A model generated the notes under the pieces. It was not told the DNA's origin and did no database searches. It saw nothing but the letters and a program-made list of their open reading frames with translations. DNA of 64,000 nt from Patescibacteria group bacterium. GTDB lineage: Bacteria > Patescibacteriota > UBA1384 > XYA2-FULL-43-10 > 1-14-0-10-43-13. Positions within the stretch are counted from its first letter, which is position 1; each line of letters opens with the position of its first letter. Shown here in pieces: positions 1 through 9,336 of this stretch. A program made the translations under genes and the position numbers. Where the stretch lies: the NCBI GenBank assembly GCA_041666325.1, contig JBAYHC010000001.1:201708-265707 (forward strand), in the 5' to 3' direction.

Positions 1-186
1 AACATTCTCCAGCTCTAGAAGCGTTTCCCAAAGTTGCAGCCAGGACAGATCTCTGATGAACCAAAGCATTCTCTGATCTTTTGCAGCTCTTAGTTTTGAA
101 CATATTGACCCGTACCATTTCAAATAAGAGTATGCTATCATCATTGTAATAATGTACAAGTTGTAACCGTTGGTTACATATTTTGT

Positions 187-705
187 ATGACAAAGTATGC
201 ACCTACCAAAGATAATATAGTAAGAAGAAGGAGAGATATGGAGAACGATATAGATACAATTATTGGCCTCAATGTGATTCTCAAGGGAAACATTAAAAAC
301 AAAGGGTCAATCCAGGTAAATGGAACTATTGAGGGTGAGGTTCGTAGCGATGAGCACATTAACATAGGCGAAACAGCTAAGGTTAAGGGTCCTGTAATCG
401 CTAAAACAGTAGAGGTTTCCGGAGAGGTTTCTGGCCTCATCGAAGCCTCAGAGCGGCTGGAAATTCACCCAACCGGTAGAGTTACAGGAGATATTAACGC
501 CAAGAGCTTAATCATCCAGAACGGCGCTATATTTGTTGGCAAGAGCATCATGCCTTCGAAGGGATCAGTCGGAGATTTAGGCAAGGCTGAGACAACAATC
601 GAAGAAGTTTTCGCAGACTCAGACAAAGAAGACAAGAAGGATAAGGGACAGGAAGAGGACAAAGAGGAGAAAGAAAAAGACCCTCTTGGATTTTTCCGGA
701 AATAA
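187..705 (+). CDS. Bactofilin (polymer-forming cytoskeletal protein, CcmA family)
   Basis: TIIG..ILKGNI..GSIQVNGTIEG..V.G.V.G beta-helix repeats, GAIFVG end motif, acidic tail. Confidence 0.9.
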   Translation: MTKYAPTKDNIVRRRRDMENDIDTIIGLNVILKGNIKNKGSIQVNGTIEGEVRSDEHINIGETAKVKGPVIAKTVEVSGEVSGLIEASERLEIHPTGRVTGDINAKSLIIQNGAIFVGKSIMPSKGSVGDLGKAETTIEEVFADSDKEDKKDKGQEEDKEEKEKDPLGFFRK

Positions 706-714
706 AGGATATTA

Positions 715-810
715 ACCTCGGGGCACCGTTCGATCCTGAGCAACTCACGGTCAAGGGAAGCCCCGAACCCCTGGAACGTCCCGACAATTATCGGGACGGG
801 GTATTAAACC
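715..810. repeat. Nested palindromic REP-like element
   Basis: tcgggg...ccccga and cgtcccga-caatta-tcgggacg inverted repeats in the intergenic region. Confidence 0.45.
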
Positions 811-974
811 CTTTTTTACGAGCTGGAAACTCCCTGTGGGCACTGATTCTACGGCTATCTGTATCTTGTAATAACAAGCTAACTAGGCGAAAGGCGAGAA
901 GCGAAAGTGTAGTCGCAATTGTTGTTAATGGATTTGTTTCTTGCGCCTGATAACTTACGCCTCTCCAATATCTT

Positions 975-1751
975 GTGTACTACTATATTTTTGATATAAG
1001 AAAATGCAATAAGCGCTCTCAAGTTGAGGACATCAAAACTTATCTTGGGGGGCTGGGGATCTCAGGGGAGTTCACCTATCCAACAGCTGCTCAAGCACCA
1101 GAAGAGCTAGTTGACTTGGCTTTGGCTAAACGCTACTCAACCATCGTAGCTATCGGGGGAGATGATCTCGCGACAGCTATCGCCAACCGCCTACTCGGCA
1201 GAAAAGAAGCATTGGGTATAATTCCTCTTGGAGCATCGGAGTATCTCTCTGAGCTGATCGGCACCAGTAATTGGCGAGAAGCAGCAGAGGCACTGCGTTT
1301 TCGTAAAATTTCAGAAATCAGGATGGGTCAAACAGCTGCCGGAAATTCCTTCTTAACACACATAGATCTCGATATTGGTTACCCCATAGAAGTAACGCTC
1401 GAATTTAAGGATTTTCTAGTTCAAACCAAAGCCGAGAATCTGATAGTGGCAAATGTTTACCCTGGCGTTAAAAAGAGAGGCATCGACTATCTCGATGTCC
1501 TTATCAAGAGTGCAGAACCAAAGGATGGGCCAATGCTCTCTCGCCTCGCCTCAATCTTTGGAGCAAAGAAAAACAATAAAGACAAATTAATTTCATTGTT
1601 TAGGGCCAGATCACTTCGGATTTTTACCAAAACACCATTAGCACTGATAAGCAACGGCAAAACGATTGCCAAGACTCCGCAACTAGTAGAAAGCTCCGAT
1701 GAGCCTCTCCGACTGATAACAGCCCGAAAAGGGGCACATCCGTGGGAGTGA
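975..1751 (+). CDS. Diacylglycerol/lipid kinase family (YegS/DAGK-like) protein
   Basis: IVAIGGD, LGIIPLG motifs and C-terminal beta domain; canonical GGDGT reads GGDDL. Confidence 0.75.
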   Translation: MYYYIFDIRKCNKRSQVEDIKTYLGGLGISGEFTYPTAAQAPEELVDLALAKRYSTIVAIGGDDLATAIANRLLGRKEALGIIPLGASEYLSELIGTSNWREAAEALRFRKISEIRMGQTAAGNSFLTHIDLDIGYPIEVTLEFKDFLVQTKAENLIVANVYPGVKKRGIDYLDVLIKSAEPKDGPMLSRLASIFGAKKNNKDKLISLFRARSLRIFTKTPLALISNGKTIAKTPQLVESSDEPLRLITARKGAHPWE

Positions 1752-1756
1752 AAAAG

Positions 1757-1805
1757 TAGAGGGTAGAGAGCAGATAGTAGAAGGGAGAAAGGAGAAAGTA
1801 GAGGG
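1757..1805 (+). repeat. Degenerate heptamer tandem repeat (NAGANNG x7), downstream flank of four-helix-bundle gene
   Basis: tagaggg tagagag cagatag tagaagg gagaaag gagaaag tagaggg. Confidence 0.8.
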
Positions 1806-1819
1806 GGCGACTGTGCAAG

Positions 1820-2176
1820 CTACTTGTTCTTTCTATAGCTAATAAATGCAGAGATCTGACTTGCTACTTGCTCAAGTTTGGTGCTTAGTTCAATGTACTG
1901 TGATTGAGAACAGTATCCTAATTCTTTGGCTAAAACTAGTAATGTATCCAACTCATTGCAAGACCCCAGTGAGATATAGAGAAATTGTATCAGCTCTTTA
2001 TTTCCATTCCTGCCATATCCTTCGGCTATGTTTACCGGAATAGAAACCACCGCTCTATTTATTTGAGAAGCCAAACCATATATCTCTGAATGAGGAAATT
2101 GTCTGGTAATTTTGTAGCACAAGAGAACAAGGCCAATGCCTTCTTGCCATATTTTTAGATCTTTGTATCCCCTCAT
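1820..2176 (-). CDS. Four-helix bundle protein (23S rRNA-IVS protein/bAvd-like)
   Basis: YKDLKIWQ, FP..E.YGL.SQI.RA.VSIP.NIAEG, FL.IS.GS..E family motifs. Confidence 0.93.
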   Translation of the reverse strand: MRGYKDLKIWQEGIGLVLLCYKITRQFPHSEIYGLASQINRAVVSIPVNIAEGYGRNGNKELIQFLYISLGSCNELDTLLVLAKELGYCSQSQYIELSTKLEQVASQISAFISYRKNK

Positions 2177-2185
2177 TTCTCACTG

Positions 2186-2227
2186 CTCTTTCCTTTCTAC
2201 CTTCTCCCCTCTCCCTTCCACCTTCTA
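2186..2227 (-). repeat. Degenerate heptamer tandem repeat, inverted relative to 1757-1805
   Basis: ctctttc ctttcta ccttctc ccctctc ccttcca ccttcta (reverse complement gaaagag, tagaaag, gagaagg, gagaggg, tggaagg, tagaagg). Confidence 0.8.
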
Positions 2228-3901
2228 CTATTTAAGCTGTAGTACCGCTCCCTCCCCCTCATGCTCATCGAGAGGTTTTTCTTTAAGAATAGGCAGCGAG
2301 AAGAAAAATTCCGTTCCCTTGCCCTCACCCTCACTCTCAAACCAAATCTTGCCTTTGTGTAGTTCGATTAGATTTTTGGAAATATACATACCAAGCCCAG
2401 TACCCTTGACTTGGTCCTTCAAAACATCAACCTGAGAGAATTTCTGAAAAATTCGATCGCGCTTCTCCTTGGGCACTCCGCAGCCGTTGTCCTTGACTGA
2501 CACGACAATATTGTCGCCTTCTTTCCAGGCCCGAACTTTAATTTTGCCACCCGGATCAGTGTATTTGATAGAGTTGCCCAGCATATTGATAACAACCTCG
2601 GTGATTCTGGTCTTGTCAAACCAGGTCTTGGGCAGGGCATCTTCGGACTTGTCATAAACCAATGTGTGCCGCATCTCCTTCACCTTAGACCCAACCTCCA
2701 TTACAGCCTGGTTGATGATATCCTCCATCTGCGACTCCTCGTAAATAAGATGAACTCTGTTCGACTCTATCCTGGAGACATTGAGCAGATCTCGCACAAG
2801 TGAGGCCAGTCTTTTGGACGAAGTATAGACACTGTCAAGATATTTCTTGGCTTGATCCGGAATCTTGCCGCCCATGCCCTCATCCAAAATCATAGAAAGA
2901 TAACCCTCGATAGCAGCTATTGGAGTATTGAGCTCGTGCGATGCCATCGACATAAAGTTGTCCTTGGCCTTGTCCAAATCCTGCAAATGTTTATTAGCCT
3001 CATCGAGCCTTTTAGCTAATTTTGAAATGTCTTCCTTCTGTTTTATCTCACGCTGGACGCTCCTAACTAGCTGATACCCACTGTAGCTTGCGGTAAACCA
3101 TATGAAAAAATTGATTGCTCCCTCAGTCATGCTCTCCGATATTACCATCCGAACCAGCAGAGCGAGAGATAACACGATAACAATCGCCTCCGTCGCAATC
3201 ACTTTAATGTCAAACAGGTGATGCTTCGTGATTGCATAAGCAGTAAACCCAAGCATGAAAACAACAGAGTAGTCCCCCAGCCAATAATAGTTATCGCCAG
3301 GTCTGAAAACCGGCCAAATCACGTTGAAAATTGTGTTAAAAAATGCCACTGCAATCACACCGTACGAAAATAATCTTATTTGCGATTTTTCGTTCAAGCT
3401 AGCCAACTTGTATGATTTGACTAAGCGCCATATGACTAACAATGCGGTTATCACCGCGTAAGCATAGAAGATTAGTTCATATTCACCCATGGTCCAAACT
3501 AATAGGCTATTAGACAAATTCATATCTGCAACAATAAGATTTGTTGCGGCAGATACAATAGCAAACGACACACCGACAGAAACAAAAAGCAGATCGACAG
3601 TTCTCCATCTTGCTTGGTTTTTCGGGAAATTAAGAATAAACGCATAAATTGAAACCAGGAATAAGGCAACGGAGGCAAAATTTAGCCTAGCTAACAACAG
3701 AGAAAACCGGGATAGGCTCGGGTAATATACCAAAAAACCGAGACTGGCCCAAAGCAAAACCGCCAATGACGTTAGAAAGAAATAACGATTTTGAGGCTGA
3801 CGCTTATTTGTGTGGTAAACAGCAAAGCCAAGCAACAATGAGGCTAAAGCAACAGCCGCAAGCACAAACTCCTGAATCAGTTTTATGTCAATTTTTTCCA
3901 T
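2228..3901 (-). CDS. Membrane sensor histidine kinase (multi-TM N-terminus, HisKA, HATPase)
   Basis: ASHELNTP H-box, NMLGNSIKYT N-box, DNGCG, GTGLG; ATG at 3901 overlaps upstream UbiA stop. Confidence 0.93.
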   Translation of the reverse strand: MEKIDIKLIQEFVLAAVALASLLLGFAVYHTNKRQPQNRYFFLTSLAVLLWASLGFLVYYPSLSRFSLLLARLNFASVALFLVSIYAFILNFPKNQARWRTVDLLFVSVGVSFAIVSAATNLIVADMNLSNSLLVWTMGEYELIFYAYAVITALLVIWRLVKSYKLASLNEKSQIRLFSYGVIAVAFFNTIFNVIWPVFRPGDNYYWLGDYSVVFMLGFTAYAITKHHLFDIKVIATEAIVIVLSLALLVRMVISESMTEGAINFFIWFTASYSGYQLVRSVQREIKQKEDISKLAKRLDEANKHLQDLDKAKDNFMSMASHELNTPIAAIEGYLSMILDEGMGGKIPDQAKKYLDSVYTSSKRLASLVRDLLNVSRIESNRVHLIYEESQMEDIINQAVMEVGSKVKEMRHTLVYDKSEDALPKTWFDKTRITEVVINMLGNSIKYTDPGGKIKVRAWKEGDNIVVSVKDNGCGVPKEKRDRIFQKFSQVDVLKDQVKGTGLGMYISKNLIELHKGKIWFESEGEGKGTEFFFSLPILKEKPLDEHEGEGAVLQLK

Positions 3902-4721
3902 TGATTTGATATATAAAAAACACAAGCGCCCAAATGAAATATTCGAGATCAATTAACAATGAAGAATAGGACTTATTGGCTCTGGACCAAAATAATTCAC
4001 AGGAACTAGCTAATATAGGCACGAGTATTAACACAGACGCAAGCGGCATAAAGCGGAGCAACACTGCAACTATTATTATAAATGCGCCAAGTCCATTTAG
4101 CAATTGTAAAACGAGGAATAGTCTATCGCCTCCGAGTACAGTAGCGAAGGTCTTCAGCCCCTTTTCTTTATCCTCGTCCATATCTTTAAGATCATAATAT
4201 GAAGTATTCATCAGGTCGCGGATAAATACTAAAACCATAATGATGATTACAGCATAATTAAACGGAAGAGAATAATAAAAGACATAAAATGGAATGATTA
4301 AATTCCAACCAACCGCCACGTAGAAATCTTTGAAACCAAGTATATAGTGCGTTAGTCCTTTAAACAAAACTGTATACAGAAGACCCCAAACCATTATTAG
4401 GATTGCTATCGATAATCCAATCGAATTGCCATGAACGCCTACAAACCAGAGCGTTCCAACGGTGAAACAAAGAATAAACAGCGTGAAAATAATATGCTTG
4501 TGCAGAGTACTTTCATAAACATCTTTTGCCTCCCACCTTCTCGGCTCCTCGAAATAATTGAAAAGATAAACTGCTGTGGGAATCAGGAACATAATAAACA
4601 AAAAGTCCCACTCGAGGGGACCTGACAACAAGAATGACACAGCGTATATTTCCGCCATCGCGCCAAGGGCAGTGACCAGGGCAATCTTAATGTGTCTGAA
4701 TGTTTTATTTTCCTTCGTCAT
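3888..4721 (-). CDS. UbiA-family prenyltransferase
   Basis: Polytopic membrane protein; YDLKDMDEDKEKGLKTF second Asp-rich motif; first motif degenerate (YLFNYFEE). Confidence 0.85.
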   Translation of the reverse strand: MTKENKTFRHIKIALVTALGAMAEIYAVSFLLSGPLEWDFLFIMFLIPTAVYLFNYFEEPRRWEAKDVYESTLHKHIIFTLFILCFTVGTLWFVGVHGNSIGLSIAILIMVWGLLYTVLFKGLTHYILGFKDFYVAVGWNLIIPFYVFYYSLPFNYAVIIIMVLVFIRDLMNTSYYDLKDMDEDKEKGLKTFATVLGGDRLFLVLQLLNGLGAFIIIVAVLLRFMPLASVLILVPILASSCELFWSRANKSYSSLLIDLEYFIWALVFFIYQINGKN

Positions 4722-4737
4722 CAGCTGTAAACCTTAA

Positions 4738-5010
4738 TCACTTGTCTCTCCCATGTTTTAGGTAGCCTATCCCAAGCAAAAATACTCCCGGAACGTTAAT
4801 CACCCCAACAACAATAATCGGCCATTCGGTTAATGCAAGACCATAATTCAGCCAAGCCAACTCATTAATAATTAATGCGATTACTAATGGCCCGCTAAAA
4901 TCTTCGGCGCTCTTTGTGCGCCATATTTTTATGACCTGCATGTAGAGACCAAATGTAATAATGATGCTCGCAACAAGAGTTATGATTCGACTTGTGTCAA
5001 GATAATTCAT
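4738..5010 (-). CDS. SemiSWEET/PQ-loop family transporter
   Basis: 90 aa, 3 TM, QVIKIWRTKSAED.S, W..YG....WPII..N. Confidence 0.85.
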   Translation of the reverse strand: MNYLDTSRIITLVASIIITFGLYMQVIKIWRTKSAEDFSGPLVIALIINELAWLNYGLALTEWPIIVVGVINVPGVFLLGIGYLKHGRDK

Positions 5011-5143
5011 ATTGAGTTTAGCTTTATTGCCTTCGCCAGCATTCCTTATCGTGTTTTTATCATTCTAACCCCCAAAGCGCACATTTTGCAAGCGATTACG
5101 AATAAAGTAATTGCTTGTTTATGATGATATAATGGTCACAACC

Positions 5144-6952
5144 ATGGCCAAACTGCTCTCTCAAATTAAATCACCTAAGGACTTAAAAAAATTATCGCTA
5201 AGTCAACTTGATGATTTGGCTGTGGAAATACGTTCATTTCTCTTGCAAACACTCGCTCAAAATGGCGGCCACTTGGCCCCGAACCTAGGAACAGTTGAAC
5301 TAACCTTGGCATTGCACTATTTTTATAACTCGCCCAAAGACAAAATGATCTGGGATGTTGGTCACCAGGCTTACACCCACAAAATAATCACGGGCAGACT
5401 CAATGATTTCGCCACCCTGCGCAAGATGGGCGGGCTGAGCGGATATCTCAAGATTACAGAAAGCAAGCACGATTCCTTTGGCGCCGGACACGCCGGTACC
5501 TCGATTTCGGCCTCACTCGGTTTCGCCGAAGCCAGAGATCGTTTAAAAAAGAATCATCAGGTTGTTGCCATTATCGGAGACGGAAGTCTAAACTGCGGAC
5601 TAGCCTATGAGGGTCTAAACAACATTGGAAGCCTCAACTCAAATATCACCGTAATACTAAACGACAATAAGTGGTCTATCTCAAAGAACGTCGGTGGCAT
5701 GGCAAAATACCTGGAAAAACTCTCTGGTATTGATGTAGCAAAGAAGAAAAACGCGGATATCGAGTCGATCTTTGAGTCTCTTGGCTTCAAATACTTCGGT
5801 CCGATCAACGGCCACAACATTGAGGAACTAGTTAACGCATTTCAGAAAGCTAGTATCACACCAGGACCAAAGCTGATACACGTCATAACCAAAAAGGGCG
5901 CCGGCTACAGCCACTCAGAGAACATGCCCGACAAATATCATTCAGTGAACCCCTTCATTCTTGAGTCTGGTGAAAGCATAAAGCGAACAAACAGCCTCAC
6001 ATTCACTAACGCTTTTGCTGATGCGCTAATACGAATAGCAACGACAAACAAGAAAGTCATCGCAATTACAGCAGCCATGCCTGCCGGTACGGGCGTTGAT
6101 AAGTTCGCGGAGAAATTTCCTGATCATTTTTATGATACTGGAATCGCAGAAGAACACGCTGTCATATTCGCTGCTGCACTCGCCCTCGAAGGCTTCATCC
6201 CGGTAGTAGCAATTTATTCAACTTTTCTCCAGCGCGCCTACGATCAAATAATCCACGATGTCGCGTTGCAAAAAATCCCTGTCATCTTTGCTATCGATCG
6301 AGCAGGCATTGTCGGGGCTGATGGCCCCACACATCATGGCATCTTCGACCTGTCTTACCTGCGCCACATTCCAAATCTTGTCGTGCTGGCACCAAAAAAC
6401 GAGAACGAATTACAACACATGCTTTATTCTGCCACTATGTACAAAGAGGGTCCGATCGCAATTCGATATCCGCGCGGCAGCGGAGCAGGACAAGTCTTGA
6501 GCTCAGAGCTAAGCATGATAGCAATAGGTAAAGCAGAAAAAATGACCAACGGATCTGATGTTGCAATCCTTGCGATAGGCTCTATGGTTTACCCTTCACT
6601 GGAAGCGGCAGAAATGCTAAGAAGCGAAAACATCCACGCTACAGTCTATAATGCCCGCAGCGCAAAACCGATTGATCCGAAGATGATTCAGGAAGCGCTC
6701 AAAATTGGAACCATTATCACTGCAGAAGAAAACATCCTTGAGGGTGGATTTGGCTCGGCAGTCTTAGAGGAACTCGAGAAGTCGGGGCACCTCTCAAACA
6801 TATCGGTGCGCCGGCTGGGCATTGAGAAATTTATTGAGCACGGAGAGGTAGGCGAACTCAAGGAGAAATATGGCCTTACAAGCAATCGAATTTACCTAGA
6901 AGCCAGAGACCTAATCTCTTCAAGGAATCAAACATCCGTCTTTTCGGCCTAA
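5144..6952 (+). CDS. dxs: 1-deoxy-D-xylulose-5-phosphate synthase
   Basis: GGHLAPNLG, WDVGHQAYTHK, GDGS..N ThDP motif, YSTFLQRAYDQ, DRAG, GPTHHG. Confidence 0.96.
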   Translation: MAKLLSQIKSPKDLKKLSLSQLDDLAVEIRSFLLQTLAQNGGHLAPNLGTVELTLALHYFYNSPKDKMIWDVGHQAYTHKIITGRLNDFATLRKMGGLSGYLKITESKHDSFGAGHAGTSISASLGFAEARDRLKKNHQVVAIIGDGSLNCGLAYEGLNNIGSLNSNITVILNDNKWSISKNVGGMAKYLEKLSGIDVAKKKNADIESIFESLGFKYFGPINGHNIEELVNAFQKASITPGPKLIHVITKKGAGYSHSENMPDKYHSVNPFILESGESIKRTNSLTFTNAFADALIRIATTNKKVIAITAAMPAGTGVDKFAEKFPDHFYDTGIAEEHAVIFAAALALEGFIPVVAIYSTFLQRAYDQIIHDVALQKIPVIFAIDRAGIVGADGPTHHGIFDLSYLRHIPNLVVLAPKNENELQHMLYSATMYKEGPIAIRYPRGSGAGQVLSSELSMIAIGKAEKMTNGSDVAILAIGSMVYPSLEAAEMLRSENIHATVYNARSAKPIDPKMIQEALKIGTIITAEENILEGGFGSAVLEELEKSGHLSNISVRRLGIEKFIEHGEVGELKEKYGLTSNRIYLEARDLISSRNQTSVFSA

Positions 6953-7797
6953 ACAAAGAGGTAGTGCGAGAAGACCAATATCGGAAACCATAACAAGTAC
7001 TCCCCATCACAGTAAACATAGGAAAATATGGTCAGGTCTCTCTCTCCTTTTGATTTCTCAACATAGTAGGAGAAATAGGGCACGATCAATAATATCATTA
7101 GAGAATAATACGGCAACTGATTTTCGTAGACTCCAAATATTATCGGCAGAGCAGAGAGTAAATTGATGGCATTAATGAAGGTATAAAATTTCTGTCGAGG
7201 CAAAATTACCGCAAAAGTTTTAAGTTTTTTTCGACCATCATCAACCACATCCTTCAAGTCATAGAAAACAGTTGCAACAAAAAGCCTTATATATATAAAA
7301 ATGATCAATGAGACTGCCGCGTAGTCGACCCGAACGTGGGCATGAACGTTGTAGGCAAAAAGCAATAGCAGGTAGACCGCCGGCACAAAAAAATCTTTGA
7401 AACCGGTAATTTTGCGGCTAAGTTGTTTGAAGTACACACCGTAAGCAAAGCCGAGTGCATACATAGTTAGCCACAAGCCGATCACTGCGATTTTCCCCTG
7501 ATACGCCAGTATGCCCAGCGAACCTAAGAAGTATCCAATGATCATCACCTGAGTCAGTATTTTGTGTTTCAAAAGATAGTCAGCCCTCCCTGGATTGGTA
7601 CAAATATCTGACTTTATCTCTTTGTATCTATCGAAAAGATAAATCGAATGAACACCGAAGTATGTAATCAGAAGATAAAGGCTGTCAGGGGCCCGATCGA
7701 GCATAAGAGAATAGCTGCCGACAATGCATGCTGCACCCAAAGACATGATGTGACCACCAAAAATAAACTCATCTTTAATTCTCTTAAAGATATTCAT
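6949..7797 (-). CDS. UbiA-family prenyltransferase (second copy)
   Basis: YLFDRYKEIKSD..TNP.R and YDLKDVVDD...LKTF motifs, multiple TM. Confidence 0.87.
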   Translation of the reverse strand: MNIFKRIKDEFIFGGHIMSLGAACIVGSYSLMLDRAPDSLYLLITYFGVHSIYLFDRYKEIKSDICTNPGRADYLLKHKILTQVMIIGYFLGSLGILAYQGKIAVIGLWLTMYALGFAYGVYFKQLSRKITGFKDFFVPAVYLLLLFAYNVHAHVRVDYAAVSLIIFIYIRLFVATVFYDLKDVVDDGRKKLKTFAVILPRQKFYTFINAINLLSALPIIFGVYENQLPYYSLMILLIVPYFSYYVEKSKGERDLTIFSYVYCDGEYLLWFPILVFSHYLFV

Positions 7798-8265
7798 CTT
7801 AGTCCTGTTCGATTAATTATTATCTGTGCACACTCAAAATAACCATCTTCACCTCATGAAATGATTAGTGCCGCAGAACCCTACAGAGATGTTGGAAACA
7901 CCTTACATCTCTACTAAAGTCAGAGGCACTAGGAAAAAATGACGACTTTTTAATGATAGCGTCCAGCATGATCATGATCAAGTGATCGTTATCAACATAC
8001 GGCATTTTCTGAGCAAGCGCTTGATGTTTTGTAATTATTGTTCAACAATCAGCCCCTGATTCGGGCTCTAACGACTCACTGTAACTTTGTCAGCATTGAC
8101 ATACATGAATTTTTATGTTACTATTTATACATATAGTTTTAGATTAATGTTTATGCAACACAGCATAAATGATAATATATAGGCATCAAATCTTTATTGA
8201 GCCCGTGTTAAATTGAACTGCATTTGATAAAGGCCATAATAACTAACCACTAATAGGACTTATCA

Positions 8266-9336
8266 ATGGACGCCAAAACACAACTACAAGAGTACAAGCA
8301 AAAATTAGATATTGAGCTCAATAAATACTTGACCGCAAAAGTTCAAGAGGCAGATAGAATATCTCCACTGACCAGAGAACTAATGGAGTACATTGCCGAC
8401 CTAACGCTCCGTGGCGGAAAGCGAATCAGGGCCGCACTCATGTACTATAGCTATGTTGCCCATGGCGGCAAGAACACTGATGAGGTGCTTTTGGCTTCGA
8501 TGTCGATGGAACTCTCAGAGACATACCTTCTTATCCACGACGACATTATGGATAATGACTCACTACGCCGTGGAGGTATGACGATCAATACGTCATATCG
8601 TCAAATCGGAGAGAACCTTTATCACGACAAGATCAATACACGCAATTTTGGTAATTCCATGGCCATGCTTGCAGGTAATGTTGCTTGTGCTCTCAGCAAC
8701 GAACTCATAGCGCGCTCAAATTTTGACAAAAAAGATATCGTCCGAGCACTAGATGAGCTTAACCGGGTCTATGTTGTCGAGCAGTACGGCCAAATGCTTG
8801 ACGTTCTTTCACAGTTAAGGGAAAACATTACAACCAAAGATGTACTATTGGTTCACCAATTAAAAACTGCCCCCTATACATTTGAGGGTCCACTCAGAAT
8901 CGGGGCCATTTTAGCCGGCGCCGACGAGAAATCACTGCAGAAATTAAGCGACTACGCCATTCCGCTAGGAATTGCGTTTCAAATTCAGGACGATATCCTC
9001 GGCATGTTCGGATCAGAGGAAAAATTAGGCAAACCGGTAATCTCAGATCTAAAGGAGGGCAAAAAAACCCTTCTTATTCTGAAAGCATTGGATAGGGCGA
9101 CAGCCAGGCAGAGAGAGATAATCGAGATCAATCTTGGCAACAAGAAGACTACGATGAATGGACTGAAGGATGTCAGAGAAGTGATCAATCAAACAAAATC
9201 TCTCGACTATTCAAAGGCAATGGCCAAGAAGCTAGTCGAGGAAGCCGTCTCAGCCATGAACTTACTCAAATTAAAAAAAGAAGGAAGTGTATTCCTTCAA
9301 AATATCGCAGATTATATGATTAACCGAGAATACTAG
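8266..9336 (+). CDS. Polyprenyl diphosphate synthase (GGPP synthase-like)
   Basis: GGKRIR, HDDIMD..RRG, GQMLD, KT, FQIQDD, DLKEGKKT. Confidence 0.95.
   Translation: MDAKTQLQEYKQKLDIELNKYLTAKVQEADRISPLTRELMEYIADLTLRGGKRIRAALMYYSYVAHGGKNTDEVLLASMSMELSETYLLIHDDIMDNDSLRRGGMTINTSYRQIGENLYHDKINTRNFGNSMAMLAGNVACALSNELIARSNFDKKDIVRALDELNRVYVVEQYGQMLDVLSQLRENITTKDVLLVHQLKTAPYTFEGPLRIGAILAGADEKSLQKLSDYAIPLGIAFQIQDDILGMFGSEEKLGKPVISDLKEGKKTLLILKALDRATARQREIIEINLGNKKTTMNGLKDVREVINQTKSLDYSKAMAKKLVEEAVSAMNLLKLKKEGSVFLQNIADYMINREY

Noticed and set aside
1820-2176. Diversity-generating retroelement suggested by the Avd-like protein
   Set aside because: No reverse transcriptase and no template/variable repeat pair seen in the window.
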